A stretch of DNA of 64,000 bases from a virus: positions 32,001 through 96,000 of the IMG/VR virus record IMGVR_UViG_3300021138_000002. One strand, 5' to 3'. Every line of letters starts with the position of its first letter. Within the stretch, counting starts at the first letter, position 1. Positions 1-10,660 of this stretch are shown here, in pieces. Under the pieces are notes generated by a model. It saw only the letters and a list, made by a program, of their open reading frames with translations, did not search any database and had not been told where the DNA came from. The translations under genes and the position numbers were made by a program.

Positions 1-3000
1 CGTAGCTTTGGATCTGTGCCAACTGCAACGTACCAGATCCGGTGTTGCTGGTCACTTCATACACAGTCCATCGGCCGTTGTAATCGCTATCGGACAGCAC
101 AAGATACAAATATCCCACCGGTACCGCTGTCAGGTCTTGATAGCCCAACACAGTTAGATTGGGCACAGACATATTGTATCCGGCTGTGGCTGTGATTGTG
201 CTTGATGTGATATTGAGGCTGGTAGAAATCGTATAGGTACCTGCTCCGCCTGTGCCAGTTCCACGTGCCACAATAGTAACAAATGCTGGAATTCCAGTGC
301 CGGTCAAGGTTTGCCCAGGTTCAAATACTCCGGTCACGGTTCCGGCCACGGTTAGAGTTTTTCCAGATATTGAAGCTGCTGTAGCCGTTCCTGTAGTTGA
401 ATCCGGGACTGGTTGACTGCTGTTCAACAGATTGAAACTACGCATTTCTGTGATGGGATATTGAGCAAGAATGGTATTAGCTCGATCGAGATAATTTTCC
501 AAGGCTCGATAGCGATTGACAAACATGCCCTGTCTTGGGCTGTATTGCACTCCGTAACGCATGCCCGGACTCAACAGCGGATCAGGAACCAGGGCACCTG
601 ACAGATTTTCTCCACAAAAACTGTCGACCATTTTTTGATAGATTGAATCGGTTATGAAACTGTCGGCTTTGCCGTCGGCCACGAATTGATATTCGGTGTG
701 TATGTTTGCTGCGGCTCCTTGTGCCTGGCGTTCGTATTCCACATGTAAAATGGTATCACTGGCGCTGATCAATCCCACACTGTTGTACAACGCCACTGTG
801 CTGGAATTGATAGGTGCTATGTAAGGCAGTCCACTGTTTAACGGATTGGCAATGTAACTGGCTATAGCCGATGCACTGAGTGTCTTGCCGTTAGCACTGT
901 CAACTGTGGTAATACCACGCACCCAATAGTAGTACTGGGTTGAGAATGTTCCAGTTGAAGTCAACGAAGATTGAGTGGTATAGCTGGTGGTGCTTAACGG
1001 TGTTCCTGTTCCGCTGTAGCTGGCCGGTGGCACATCGCTTTGTATCCATTGATATATGTCCACGCGACTGCCCGGAAACAATCGACCCCATTGGCGACTG
1101 GCATACACTATGTCGCTTTGATTGGGGTTGATAAATCTCACAGTGTCGGTATCCCACCAGATTTCGCCAACATGCTTGTCAGCCCAGGCGGTACCATTGT
1201 TGTGTATGGTTCCAGTGTTGTAGTTGGCCGGGTCAACTGCTGATGTGTAATTGATGTTTTGAGCAGCCACTCCTAGTATCTTGCCCTGTAAAGGATCGAT
1301 AAAATCATAATAGGTCTGTGTGCTACTCAACAATTTGTCAAAACTGTAAACTGAATTCAGTAGATCAATGTTGACCACTGGCTGTTGCTGATATATGGTG
1401 GCCCAGGCCGGTAAATTGTTAGGATTATCGTAAACAGCAACTGATCCATAATTGGCATTGTTGGTAGTTGCAAGATCCACGCCCGGGGCACCCACAACCA
1501 AACGACCGTTCACATAGCTGGCTGAGGTACCAAACTGATCGCCTGTGGCTGTGCCGCTTTGATAAATCTGTTGTCCAAACACCATTTTTCCAGGATTGTT
1601 CACTGAGCTATTGGCACTGGGGAAATAGTCGAAAGTATAAGCAACACCACTGTTGCTGACCGGATTGCTGAACAAGGTGCTGTTTTCGTCAAATATGGTT
1701 TGTCCACCATCAAAACTCATGGCTTCGTACACATTGCCGTTGGGAGCTCCTATCACCACGTTGAGACTGTTGCTGTTGATGCTGATGGAGCTGCCGAAAT
1801 AACCGTAAGATACTGGATTTGGACTGTACAATGTTTGCGTATAAACAAATGTGTCAAAACCCAAGGTGTCAAAAGCAGAACCGGCACCGCCCAATCCAGG
1901 CAACACTGAAAGCTGATTGTAGGTCGGAGCTGATGCAGAATTTATCACAGACAGAACCAATTTTCCAGTGACCACCACAATGTTTGAGTAAGTGTTGGGA
2001 GCAGTCACAAATGCAATTTGCTGACTGTTGGCCAGATAGGTGTAGGTATAGCCCGCGGCCGGACTGGCTTTCTGTAACACGCCATCTATATAGACCACAG
2101 GATTTGAGCCTGCTGTGCTGTAGACTGATCCTACATCAAACAGTTTGGTAACACCATCACCGATAAAATTCAAATTGTTGCTCAACGATGCTTGAACATT
2201 TGGTATCACATACGAACTGGTCCATTGCACGCTGCTGTTAGAAGGAGCCACATTCAAACTGGTTGTGGCAGCAGTATAGCAAACAGAATTGTAAATCACT
2301 CGATCGTTTAGATAGTACTGTGTGGTGCTTGACCATGGCAATGGAGATATGGCATTTACCAGACCGGTCACAGTGTTGTTGGGACTGTTAGGCACAACCA
2401 CTTCAATGCCGTTCACGCGAATGGAAGTTCCTGCTGTCAGCACCGGATTGGCCACAGTGCTCACGGTCACTCCATACAGTCTACTCTGATTGACTGCACG
2501 TTCTACACTGCCGTCCTGCACCATGGGCAAGTTGCTGTTTTTTGGTGATCCGATATACAAACTGCAATCGTTGTAGCAGAGTCGAGAACTGTAACCAAAC
2601 AACGAACCTGACTCGGGCGATTGTGCTGTTATTTTTTGTACCAACTGGAATTGATTGGTTTCTATTTCTATTGTATCGCCAACAGCAAGTATCACCGACG
2701 GTGCTAACACGATGTTGTTGCTGACAACTGTGAATTGTCCGTTGGGGTACTGTGCGGTGTTGGTCAAGTACACGCCGTTGTGTAGAACAGCGATTGGATC
2801 AGCGAAAGATCCTATGATTGCATACGTGGTTTGTGCGGTATTGTTGACCAGGTATTTTATCACGCTACGATCAAAAATATAGGTTGATCCAGCATTGGCC
2901 ACAACATTACCGGCCGAGTCAAGTGCAGAATCTGCAACAGTTCCAACAATCACAGTGCGTCCATCGGTGCTGGTGGCAACACTTGATCCAAAACCAGCAC

Positions 3001-6000
3001 CTGCACCCAGCGACAAACCGGCTGTGGGCAAGGTTGAAATATATTTCCAATAGGTTCTGGTTGTAATCTGCACTGATGCACCCGATGCGGGTTCATGTCC
3101 ACTGACAAATTCTATCTGTGTGGTATAATTGTAATCGATATAAGGTCGTTGTAGAACGCCATTTACCAACACATTGAACGAATCAATGTTGGTGGCTGTG
3201 TACAGGTATGGTACAAGATTGTAGTTGGCTGACCCAGTGCCGGTCAATGCCAACGCCGAACGACGGCTGATTGTTAATTTTTTTCCAGTGACCGGTGCAG
3301 TCGCAAATAAAATTTGTGAACTGTTCAGGGTATAATCGGTTGGATATACCAAAGTTTGATTGTCCAAGGTCACGATCAACTGCTCAGGATATGTGAAGTT
3401 GACCAATATGGCCGAAGACCAATTGAATGCAGCAGTAACTCCATCAGTGGTGTACGAAATCGACTGTTCCGGAGTATCAACCAGACCGTATGCGTAGACC
3501 AAGTTTCCGCCAGGAGCACCAATGTACATCCATTGTTCGTTGTAGCTCATTGCCACCGACGATCCAAATGCCACAGCGTTGGCAGTAGTTGGAGCTGTGA
3601 ACAACTGTGTTTGTATATACTGATTGCTTGCAGGAACTTGGTATATGGCACTGGCATATCCTCGACCACCATCGCTAGCACTAGCACCGGCTATGCTCCA
3701 GTTGCTGTTGCCCCAGTCGAGACTGTTTCCGTAACCGGCCACGTTGGCCGCTGACAGTGTGAGTATGGTGTTGTCCACATAGGTTCCCTGTCCGGTGCCA
3801 GCATTTACTCGTGTATAGGTGTAAATTGCACCAGTATCTTGATTGGGACTGCCTACCAGTAGGCTGACACTGTTGGTGGATTGTGCTATACTGGTGCCAA
3901 ACAAACTGTTTGTTTCAGGAACAAATGCTGTCAAACTTTCCACAGTGGCAAACGGTGATTGTTTTTCCAACACTTCCCAGTGGCCCGATCCATTGTTGTC
4001 GACCCAGGCACGAGCTCCAGGAACCAGGTCCGTTGCGTAAGATAATGTGGCCACATCGCTGGCCTGAGCCACACGCATGGTCTGTAGGTGCCAGGCTAAA
4101 CCAGTGCCAGTGATGGTGGTTTGATTGGTTGAAGTAAACGAATAAGAAATTATCACTTGAGTGGGCGACGGCACACCCAACACACGATACACTCCATCAA
4201 CGCCGGTGGCAAAATAACGCACGATGATCAAATCGCCGATGGCCAAGCCGGTCACTGCGGTAAATTGTGCAATACTTGTGCCATTCAAGTTGTCAGTCAG
4301 CTGTCGTAGTCGACCGGGAACCTGGGCACACCGATATATGTTCCAGTCATAACTGTTGTCGTGAGCCACCCATATGGTAGTTCCGGTACCGATGGTATTG
4401 AGTTTGGCCGCGATAGCCGATGGATCGTCTAACGAATATACTGTGATGTCAGCATCATTGACATTGACATAACCGGCCGAAGGCAGTGCAGTGTTTAGCG
4501 TGGTAGGATAAATGGTTGGCAATATATCAGTGCTAGTAATATTGTAACTTTCCTTCCACAGATTGCTCAACAACACAGTTTGATTGGCCTGGCTGACATC
4601 ACCAGGTTGTATTATTTGTACTGTGCTGGGATTGTTGGTCAGCAGTGCTTCGTTGAGATTGATTTCAAAATAGCTACGATTGGCTGTGGCCCCGTAGGTT
4701 CCGATTAGCACTCCCCAGGTTTCGTAAATTTTGTAAGTTCCACTGCCCTTGGTCAAAGCCACGTTGGTGAAAAGATCAGTGGCTCTTACCGTGCCTTTGG
4801 TCTTGATAAACTGTTGATAGAGATTGACCTGGGTCACATCGTCAAGATTGAGATTGACCATGTACTGTCTGGGAGTAAATCCTATCAGATTGTAGGCCAA
4901 CAAATCGTTGTTGTTGTTTAGATTGGCAGTTTGTGTGTTGTAGGTGTTGGCCAACTGATCGGCCTTGTTGGCCAAGTTGGGCAAGAGACCACGTTCAATA
5001 CGAGTCCAATTACTCTGGAACCAGTTGTTGTAATCAAAAACCGATGTGGGTTGCACCAGGCCCGACGCTTGCCAGTATTGATTCTTGTATCGTACTATGT
5101 CGCCCTTGGTATATCTTTGTGTGGGACTCCATGGCTGTACATTGTCTTGATTGAGTATAAATCCTTGTGCGTTGAGCGTGCCATCCCATTCGGTGGTGTT
5201 AAACGCATTGAGATACAGTCTGTTTTGTCTTTCTGCCGTGGTAGGATCATAGATCAGGTCGTTGAAAATATCCACGTTGTCAAACACTATCATGTTTTCG
5301 TAGTCGGTAAACTGTAAATTTAAAAAACTGATGGCCTGATTGGTGCTGGGTGCCGGATTTATCGTAAAACTGTCACCGTATCTCTGTATGACCAAGTCTC
5401 TGGTGGCAAATGTGCGACGATTTTGGTCCAGCAACTGATTTTGCGGACTGTAACTGACTATGCTGTCAACCACGGCCCCGGCATTGTTCACACTGAGTTG
5501 ACTGGCTGCCGGATTGAGATTGATCAATGTTCCTGTTTGCCAGCCTTGTTGACTAAAGTACAAAAACTCCTGGGCCATTTGACCCCAATTGAGCACATAG
5601 CCATTTTCCATGTAGGTAAAGGTCATGCCTTGTGATTCTAGATACTTTCCGTAACTGAGTAAAAAGTCCACAACCATGGTCTGATTGGTAAACACATAAC
5701 CGTACGGAATATAAGTGATCTTGTTGGTGTACTGTGCAGGCACAGTCACCGTGGCTCCGCCGCTGCTGACAGTCTGTGTCAGGCCGTTGACTGAGCTGAT
5801 AAAAATTGGAAAGTATGGTTGATAACTGCCGTACCCGTACACGGCCCATCCGTTGTTGACTATTTCAATCACGACCGAGCTGTAGGCAATTTGTCCATAT
5901 GGCTGATCTTTGTACAGCAACAAATTGTAACTTTCGGGTGGAATCAACAGACTCTTGTTTTGGCTTTCAGGGCTGCTTTTTTCAAGATAGATTTCAAGAC

Positions 6001-9000
6001 TTTGTTGATCGGTCCATGACGCCATCCTATAACACAATCTTACATCTAGATTAGACAAATCGGTGGTCAACGAATCTGTGCTGTTGAGTCCAATCTGTTG
6101 ATTATAGTCCACTATCCAGTTGATATAGCTGGCTTTGCTGACGCCGTTGCCGTAGATTTCCAGTTCGCTGGCATTCAATCTATAGCGTCCGTTGTAAAGA
6201 TACTGACCAAGATCCGCATTGTATTTGTAAAGATCTCGATCGGCAAACAGGCTGAAAAATTCTGCCGGTCTGGTCAAGGCCAACAGTCGCATGACCGCGA
6301 ACGGATAGCTAGAGCTCATCCACCACGAGGCTTCAACCGGTCCACCATCGCCCACAGTCCAGCTCTTGCGGAAATCGTTGGGGTTGTACAGTCCTACCAC
6401 ACTTTCCAGAGGTGGTAACAGTTGTCCCAGGCTGTCTACAGGAATGGCCGAGGTCAGTCCGGGTCTGGCAAAAGCCGGGTCGATATAGGGTGCCACTGGA
6501 TCGGCTATATAGCCGCGTTCTAGATCTCCCCATAGCACTAGGTTACCATTGGTATAAGGAGGCAATCCGTAACGGTCGGCCCACCATACCGGCTGTTCGC
6601 TAAAACCCAGCATTTCCCACGGAGTAAGATTGGGTGTTATGGTGTCATAAAAATAGCGATAAATTCCGCGCCAGGCTCCTTGGCTCAACACTGCGCCGTT
6701 GATTCTGTTGCCAGCTGTACTGTAATTGTAAGTGAAAGCATTGTTAGGCAAGTAATCTTGAGCAGTATAATCCAACTTGTTGTAGCCGGTCCAGATCAAA
6801 AAGTCTTCGCCTAGTATTTGTGTTATTTCACTTTCGGTATAATCTGTTGTGCGGAAAAATCCCGGAGCCACTTCGTAAACGGAAAGCGGTACAGGGTTGT
6901 CATCATTTTTGAGATTGTTGTAGATTCTGGTTTCAAATTCCAACAGGATCTGGTCTCGTATGTCGCCAAATGCCACTGTGGTACTGCCGTCGTGGCCCTG
7001 TATGACCAAGGTTGGGTTCACATAATCGGTATCAAGATAGATTTTAGGAATCCATTTGGGATACAGCCCCAGCTTGGTAGGAGTATTGGGAACAAAGTTT
7101 CCGTAGGTAGGATTGTATTCGTTTATGGTGACCACATCTCCTACAGCTAATGTAATCAAGACGGTCAAGGTCGGAGTACCCGATCCTACCACATATTCCA
7201 CATTGCGAGTCAGCAAGCGATCGTTGACATAGACCAACAGCCCTAGATAGTTACTGGTAGTAAAGTCATAAGTTTGTACAGTGTTAAATCGTGCTGTGGT
7301 TATCGGATTCACTGTGGTTGAATTGCTGGCAATGACCGTGCCTGTGGGCAACATATCGCTCCAGTAAAACGGGCTGATGCTGGTATCTCCTGCGTTGATA
7401 ATAGAGACGGCACTGTCTAATATTTCAGGCACAGTCTGTGTGCCAAAATCGTTGCTTATCACAGTGTTCAACAGCAAGGATTTGAACTTGATATATTCTC
7501 TACTGTTGAATTCAAGGGCATTGAAAATATTGTATTGATCACTGCGTAAAAAATAACCAGCCAGGGTCAACGGACTACTTTGTTGCAGGATCTGTAGACC
7601 GTAAGGAACGATGTTGCCCAGATCTCTGCTGTTGTTGGCGCCAATGATTGGACCTTGAAGATTGATTAGATTTTGTCCAATGGTACTGTAGTGATTTCTT
7701 GCGGTGCCTAGGGTAAGTGTTGGGCTGTTTTTGTTGAGCGGATTGTTTTCTAAATTGATAGGAACCTGATAAAATCCAGTGGCACTGATCTGATCGCTCA
7801 ACACTTGTATTTCTACCACGTCACCGGTGGTGGCCACGGAAGAATTCAAAATGATGGTCGTGGTATTGCTGGTGACAGAATAGGTATAGTTATAGGTTTC
7901 TGTAGTTGAATCATACGGCTCAACAAAATTGGCATTTACGAACAGTTGTACCGACGGCACAGTGGTGTTGGGATTGACTGCAACGTCTAGCAATAACGGA
8001 GCACCCGAATAGGTATATCTAAACTGTTGACGGATTTGACTCTTGGTGACAGCAGTTTGCCATCCAATTTCTTTGCTGAACACCAAACGAGATGCATACT
8101 GTCTTACAAATCCAGTGCTCAACGCCAAGGTAATACCTTGATTGTTTATGGTATAATTGAAACTGTCCACGTAGAGATTGTTGTCAAACACGATATCGCC
8201 AAGATTGCTGAGATTGAGATAGGTCAGAGGAAATCCCAGGTAAGCATCGGCTGATCCGTTGCCTACCGCATAGCTGAACAACTTGCTACCGGTAAAGTTG
8301 GAACTTGGATATGTAACTGGGTCTGCAAAACTGATGCCGTTGCTGTCATACACATCAAATTCAGGTGGCTGATTGACTGTGGTTTTTTGCTGTGATTGGA
8401 TCCAGTAGGATCCATCAAAATAGTACGTGATTCCGATCAGGGTATTGCCATTGAGACAAAAAGTAGACTGGTCAGACAAGACCGTAGCAATAGGTAAAAG
8501 ATTGATTATGGGTTCGGTGATTAAGGGCGGCACAGTATCGGGCGTGATAAATTCCACCTGATACACAGTGCCACGAACCGCAATGTCCAGGTCGCCGGCA
8601 AAAATCACAGTGCTGCCGTTGACCAAGGTGTAACCGTCGGTGGTAAAACCAATTGACCCATTCACTGTGGCCAATGCATTAGTTTGAGAAAAATCAATGA
8701 TGTTGACTGGGGCTATGCCTTCGGTTCCAAAGTCAAACAGTCGGGTGCCAGGCCTGAATTCCAAGATAGGTCGTTTGGCTCTAGCCAGTTGATCTAGTAC
8801 CGGTATGTTGTTATTATATTTGGCTGTGACGTCAATCACATCCACATGGAACCATCTGTTGCTGCGAGTCCACGGATTGTGGTCCGGACTGGCTCGGTTG
8901 ATGGTAAGATAGTCAGGTACAACCGGAGATCCCGAAATATAAGTTTCAGGTGTCACAAATTCTGTAACTGGCAACAGTTTAATGGCTGTGCCTACACCTT

Positions 9001-10660
9001 CCACGTAGTATTCATTGCCTGAGTAGCTGGCCGGTATTGTGGTTCCTGTAAATAACACCTTTAGGCCATTGGTAAAAGTCACGCCGTTAGGACTGGTATA
9101 ATTGGTCTTGCCTAGTATGTTGTTGATGTTCAAAACTGCGTTTTGGGCAACATCCACCAGATGTATAGTTCCAAACATGGTTGGATCGGTGCCGTCTTGA
9201 TAGTACAAGGTGTCTCTTGAAGCAGTCAACAACGGCATTTCGACAAACACACCAGATGAATTTTTAAACCATTTGGTGCTGGCATACTGTGTACCAAACA
9301 ACACACTGAACTGTGTGAGATTGTCCACCGACAATATGTTGACCAACTGGATGCGACCACCGACTATGGTAATCAGCCAGACCACATATAGATTGGGATC
9401 CAGGTCTGTGGTGCTACTAAATGCGAGAGTGCGGTTTTCAATGTTTGTGATGCCATCAATACCGTCGGGGTTGGCGGCAAAAAAATCTGTGACCAAGACT
9501 CCGTTGATTTGATCAAACGGCAAGGTCGTTACCAGATCCACAGTGCCAGCCGGTTGATTGGGTATTGATCCAATGATTGGCAATGTGTAATAGAAATTTT
9601 GTGCAGTGCTGGCCGGTGTGTTGAAAGTCACGGTACCCAAGTCTGCACCGTTGTTGACCACACCCATGACTCCGCGACTGCTGATGTTGGGCGTTGACGG
9701 AATTGTGCCATTCACTCCGGGGTCAGTCTGTATCCAAAATCCCGGACCAGTACCGGGTGTGCCATCCACGATGTTGAACTGACCACGCATGTTGAATTCG
9801 GTTGAACTGCAATAGTACAAGGTATCGGGTGCGTCTTGCGGTACTACAAAAGTGATCAGGCCAGTGGCGGCACCGTTGTTGGTCACTCCTGAATTGTAAA
9901 GATTCACGGTGCCATAACTCAACTGTGTTTTGATATAGAACGGCAGGGGTGCTGTCAACGAAAGATTGAAAGTGTAAGTGTTGCCACGCACCAAGGTCAA
10001 AGTAGGATTGCTGGCGTAGTCGATGATCCAAGACGTGGTGCCATTGTTGGTCACACGATACTGAATGGTTGCTTGATCGTTTTGTGCCACAGCAAAGTTG
10101 TAGGTGCCTTGTCGTGCCAGAGTCAGAGTTGGATTGGTTCCGGGTACTCCACTAAAGGTATAAAAGCCGTTGCTGCGAGTCACTGTAAAATTTTCAAAAG
10201 TGGGTATACCGGTCGCATTTACTGTGACTGCATCCGGTCCGTTGGGCAACCAATAGTATTGAGAATAATTTATAAATTTGTCAAAGTCAACGAACGGATC
10301 CCAGGTATAGTATTCGCTGGTGTACAAAGCAGACGGATCGGCAGTCACTGCACCTTGCAAGGCAAGTGCATCGTTCATGCCCGGATAGGTTATGGCATCA
10401 ACCACCTTGTGAGTGTTGGTTGGATCCAGTTGTACCACGCCAGGCTCCAGCTGATAGTTGTTGCGTACAGCCGTGGGTTCAATCACGTACTGATCGTTGG
10501 CATTTACTCCGGGTCCGATACGTCGGCCCACGTACCCTTGTCGCTTGGCAAAGGCCGGTTCCTGTACCAATTGGTCCAGGGTAGCTGCCAAAAATTGCTT
10601 GTTGGTTTGGGTTTGAAATATCTCAGGAAGAAAGTCTACTGTGCGTACTGTTGTGGCCAT
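1..10660 (-). CDS. Giant (>3,550 aa, 3'-truncated) virion/baseplate protein with FG-GAP-like propeller repeats and CBM5/12-like modules
   Basis: ATG at 10660 overlaps the TAA of the gp6-like gene (TAATG). It starts MATTVRTVDFLPEIFQTQTNKQFLAATLDQLVQEP. The same frame is open in spot checks at ~5160 (NAFNTTEWDGTLNAQG) and at 1-60 (YEVTSNTGSGTLQLAQIQSY). It is absent from the ORF track, consistent with no stop inside the window. Not every codon was checked. Confidence 0.85.
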   Translation of the reverse strand, partial: MATTVRTVDFLPEIFQTQTNKQFLAATLDQLVQEPAFAKRQGYVGRRIGPGVNANDQYVIEPTAVRNNYQLEPGVVQLDPTNTHKVVDAITYPGMNDALALQGAVTADPSALYTSEYYTWDPFVDFDKFINYSQYYWLPNGPDAVTVNATGIPTFENFTVTRSNGFYTFSGVPGTNPTLTLARQGTYNFAVAQNDQATIQYRVTNNGTTSWIIDYASNPTLTLVRGNTYTFNLSLTAPLPFYIKTQLSYGTVNLYNSGVTNNGAATGLITFVVPQDAPDTLYYCSSTEFNMRGQFNIVDGTPGTGPGFWIQTDPGVNGTIPSTPNISSRGVMGVVNNGADLGTVTFNTPASTAQNFYYTLPIIGSIPNQPAGTVDLVTTLPFDQINGVLVTDFFAANPDGIDGITNIENRTLAFSSTTDLDPNLYVVWLITIVGGRIQLVNILSVDNLTQFSVLFGTQYASTKWFKNSSGVFVEMPLLTASRDTLYYQDGTDPTMFGTIHLVDVAQNAVLNINNILGKTNYTSPNGVTFTNGLKVLFTGTTIPASYSGNEYYVEGVGTAIKLLPVTEFVTPETYISGSPVVPDYLTINRASPDHNPWTRSNRWFHVDVIDVTAKYNNNIPVLDQLARAKRPILEFRPGTRLFDFGTEGIAPVNIIDFSQTNALATVNGSIGFTTDGYTLVNGSTVIFAGDLDIAVRGTVYQVEFITPDTVPPLITEPIINLLPIATVLSDQSTFCLNGNTLIGITYYFDGSYWIQSQQKTTVNQPPEFDVYDSNGISFADPVTYPSSNFTGSKLFSYAVGNGSADAYLGFPLTYLNLSNLGDIVFDNNLYVDSFNYTINNQGITLALSTGFVRQYASRLVFSKEIGWQTAVTKSQIRQQFRYTYSGAPLLLDVAVNPNTTVPSVQLFVNANFVEPYDSTTETYNYTYSVTSNTTTIILNSSVATTGDVVEIQVLSDQISATGFYQVPINLENNPLNKNSPTLTLGTARNHYSTIGQNLINLQGPIIGANNSRDLGNIVPYGLQILQQSSPLTLAGYFLRSDQYNIFNALEFNSREYIKFKSLLLNTVISNDFGTQTVPEILDSAVSIINAGDTSISPFYWSDMLPTGTVIASNSTTVNPITTARFNTVQTYDFTTSNYLGLLVYVNDRLLTRNVEYVVGSGTPTLTVLITLAVGDVVTINEYNPTYGNFVPNTPTKLGLYPKWIPKIYLDTDYVNPTLVIQGHDGSTTVAFGDIRDQILLEFETRIYNNLKNDDNPVPLSVYEVAPGFFRTTDYTESEITQILGEDFLIWTGYNKLDYTAQDYLPNNAFTYNYSTAGNRINGAVLSQGAWRGIYRYFYDTITPNLTPWEMLGFSEQPVWWADRYGLPPYTNGNLVLWGDLERGYIADPVAPYIDPAFARPGLTSAIPVDSLGQLLPPLESVVGLYNPNDFRKSWTVGDGGPVEASWWMSSSYPFAVMRLLALTRPAEFFSLFADRDLYKYNADLGQYLYNGRYRLNASELEIYGNGVSKASYINWIVDYNQQIGLNSTDSLTTDLSNLDVRLCYRMASWTDQQSLEIYLEKSSPESQNKSLLIPPESYNLLLYKDQPYGQIAYSSVVIEIVNNGWAVYGYGSYQPYFPIFISSVNGLTQTVSSGGATVTVPAQYTNKITYIPYGYVFTNQTMVVDFLLSYGKYLESQGMTFTYMENGYVLNWGQMAQEFLYFSQQGWQTGTLINLNPAASQLSVNNAGAVVDSIVSYSPQNQLLDQNRRTFATRDLVIQRYGDSFTINPAPSTNQAISFLNLQFTDYENMIVFDNVDIFNDLIYDPTTAERQNRLYLNAFNTTEWDGTLNAQGFILNQDNVQPWSPTQRYTKGDIVRYKNQYWQASGLVQPTSVFDYNNWFQSNWTRIERGLLPNLANKADQLANTYNTQTANLNNNNDLLAYNLIGFTPRQYMVNLNLDDVTQVNLYQQFIKTKGTVRATDLFTNVALTKGSGTYKIYETWGVLIGTYGATANRSYFEINLNEALLTNNPSTVQIIQPGDVSQANQTVLLSNLWKESYNITSTDILPTIYPTTLNTALPSAGYVNVNDADITVYSLDDPSAIAAKLNTIGTGTTIWVAHDNSYDWNIYRCAQVPGRLRQLTDNLNGTSIAQFTAVTGLAIGDLIIVRYFATGVDGVYRVLGVPSPTQVIISYSFTSTNQTTITGTGLAWHLQTMRVAQASDVATLSYATDLVPGARAWVDNNGSGHWEVLEKQSPFATVESLTAFVPETNSLFGTSIAQSTNSVSLLVGSPNQDTGAIYTYTRVNAGTGQGTYVDNTILTLSAANVAGYGNSLDWGNSNWSIAGASASDGGRGYASAIYQVPASNQYIQTQLFTAPTTANAVAFGSSVAMSYNEQWMYIGAPGGNLVYAYGLVDTPEQSISYTTDGVTAAFNWSSAILVNFTYPEQLIVTLDNQTLVYPTDYTLNSSQILFATAPVTGKKLTISRRSALALTGTGSANYNLVPYLYTATNIDSFNVLVNGVLQRPYIDYNYTTQIEFVSGHEPASGASVQITTRTYWKYISTLPTAGLSLGAGAGFGSSVATSTDGRTVIVGTVADSALDSAGNVVANAGSTYIFDRSVIKYLVNNTAQTTYAIIGSFADPIAVLHNGVYLTNTAQYPNGQFTVVSNNIVLAPSVILAVGDTIEIETNQFQLVQKITAQSPESGSLFGYSSRLCYNDCSLYIGSPKNSNLPMVQDGSVERAVNQSRLYGVTVSTVANPVLTAGTSIRVNGIEVVVPNSPNNTVTGLVNAISPLPWSSTTQYYLNDRVIYNSVCYTAATTSLNVAPSNSSVQWTSSYVIPNVQASLSNNLNFIGDGVTKLFDVGSVYSTAGSNPVVYIDGVLQKASPAAGYTYTYLANSQQIAFVTAPNTYSNIVVVTGKLVLSVINSASAPTYNQLSVLPGLGGAGSAFDTLGFDTFVYTQTLYSPNPVSYGYFGSSISINSNSLNVVIGAPNGNVYEAMSFDGGQTIFDENSTLFSNPVSNSGVAYTFDYFPSANSSVNNPGKMVFGQQIYQSGTATGDQFGTSASYVNGRLVVGAPGVDLATTNNANYGSVAVYDNPNNLPAWATIYQQQPVVNIDLLNSVYSFDKLLSSTQTYYDFIDPLQGKILGVAAQNINYTSAVDPANYNTGTIHNNGTAWADKHVGEIWWDTDTVRFINPNQSDIVYASRQWGRLFPGSRVDIYQWIQSDVPPASYSGTGTPLSTTSYTTQSSLTSTGTFSTQYYYWVRGITTVDSANGKTLSASAIASYIANPLNSGLPYIAPINSSTVALYNSVGLISASDTILHVEYERQAQGAAANIHTEYQFVADGKADSFITDSIYQKMVDSFCGENLSGALVPDPLLSPGMRYGVQYSPRQGMFVNRYRALENYLDRANTILAQYPITEMRSFNLLNSSQPVPDSTTGTATAASISGKTLTVAGTVTGVFEPGQTLTGTGIPAFVTIVARGTGTGGAGTYTISTSLNITSSTITATAGYNMSVPNLTVLGYQDLTAVPVGYLYLVLSDSDYNGRWTVYEVTSNTGSGTLQLAQIQSY

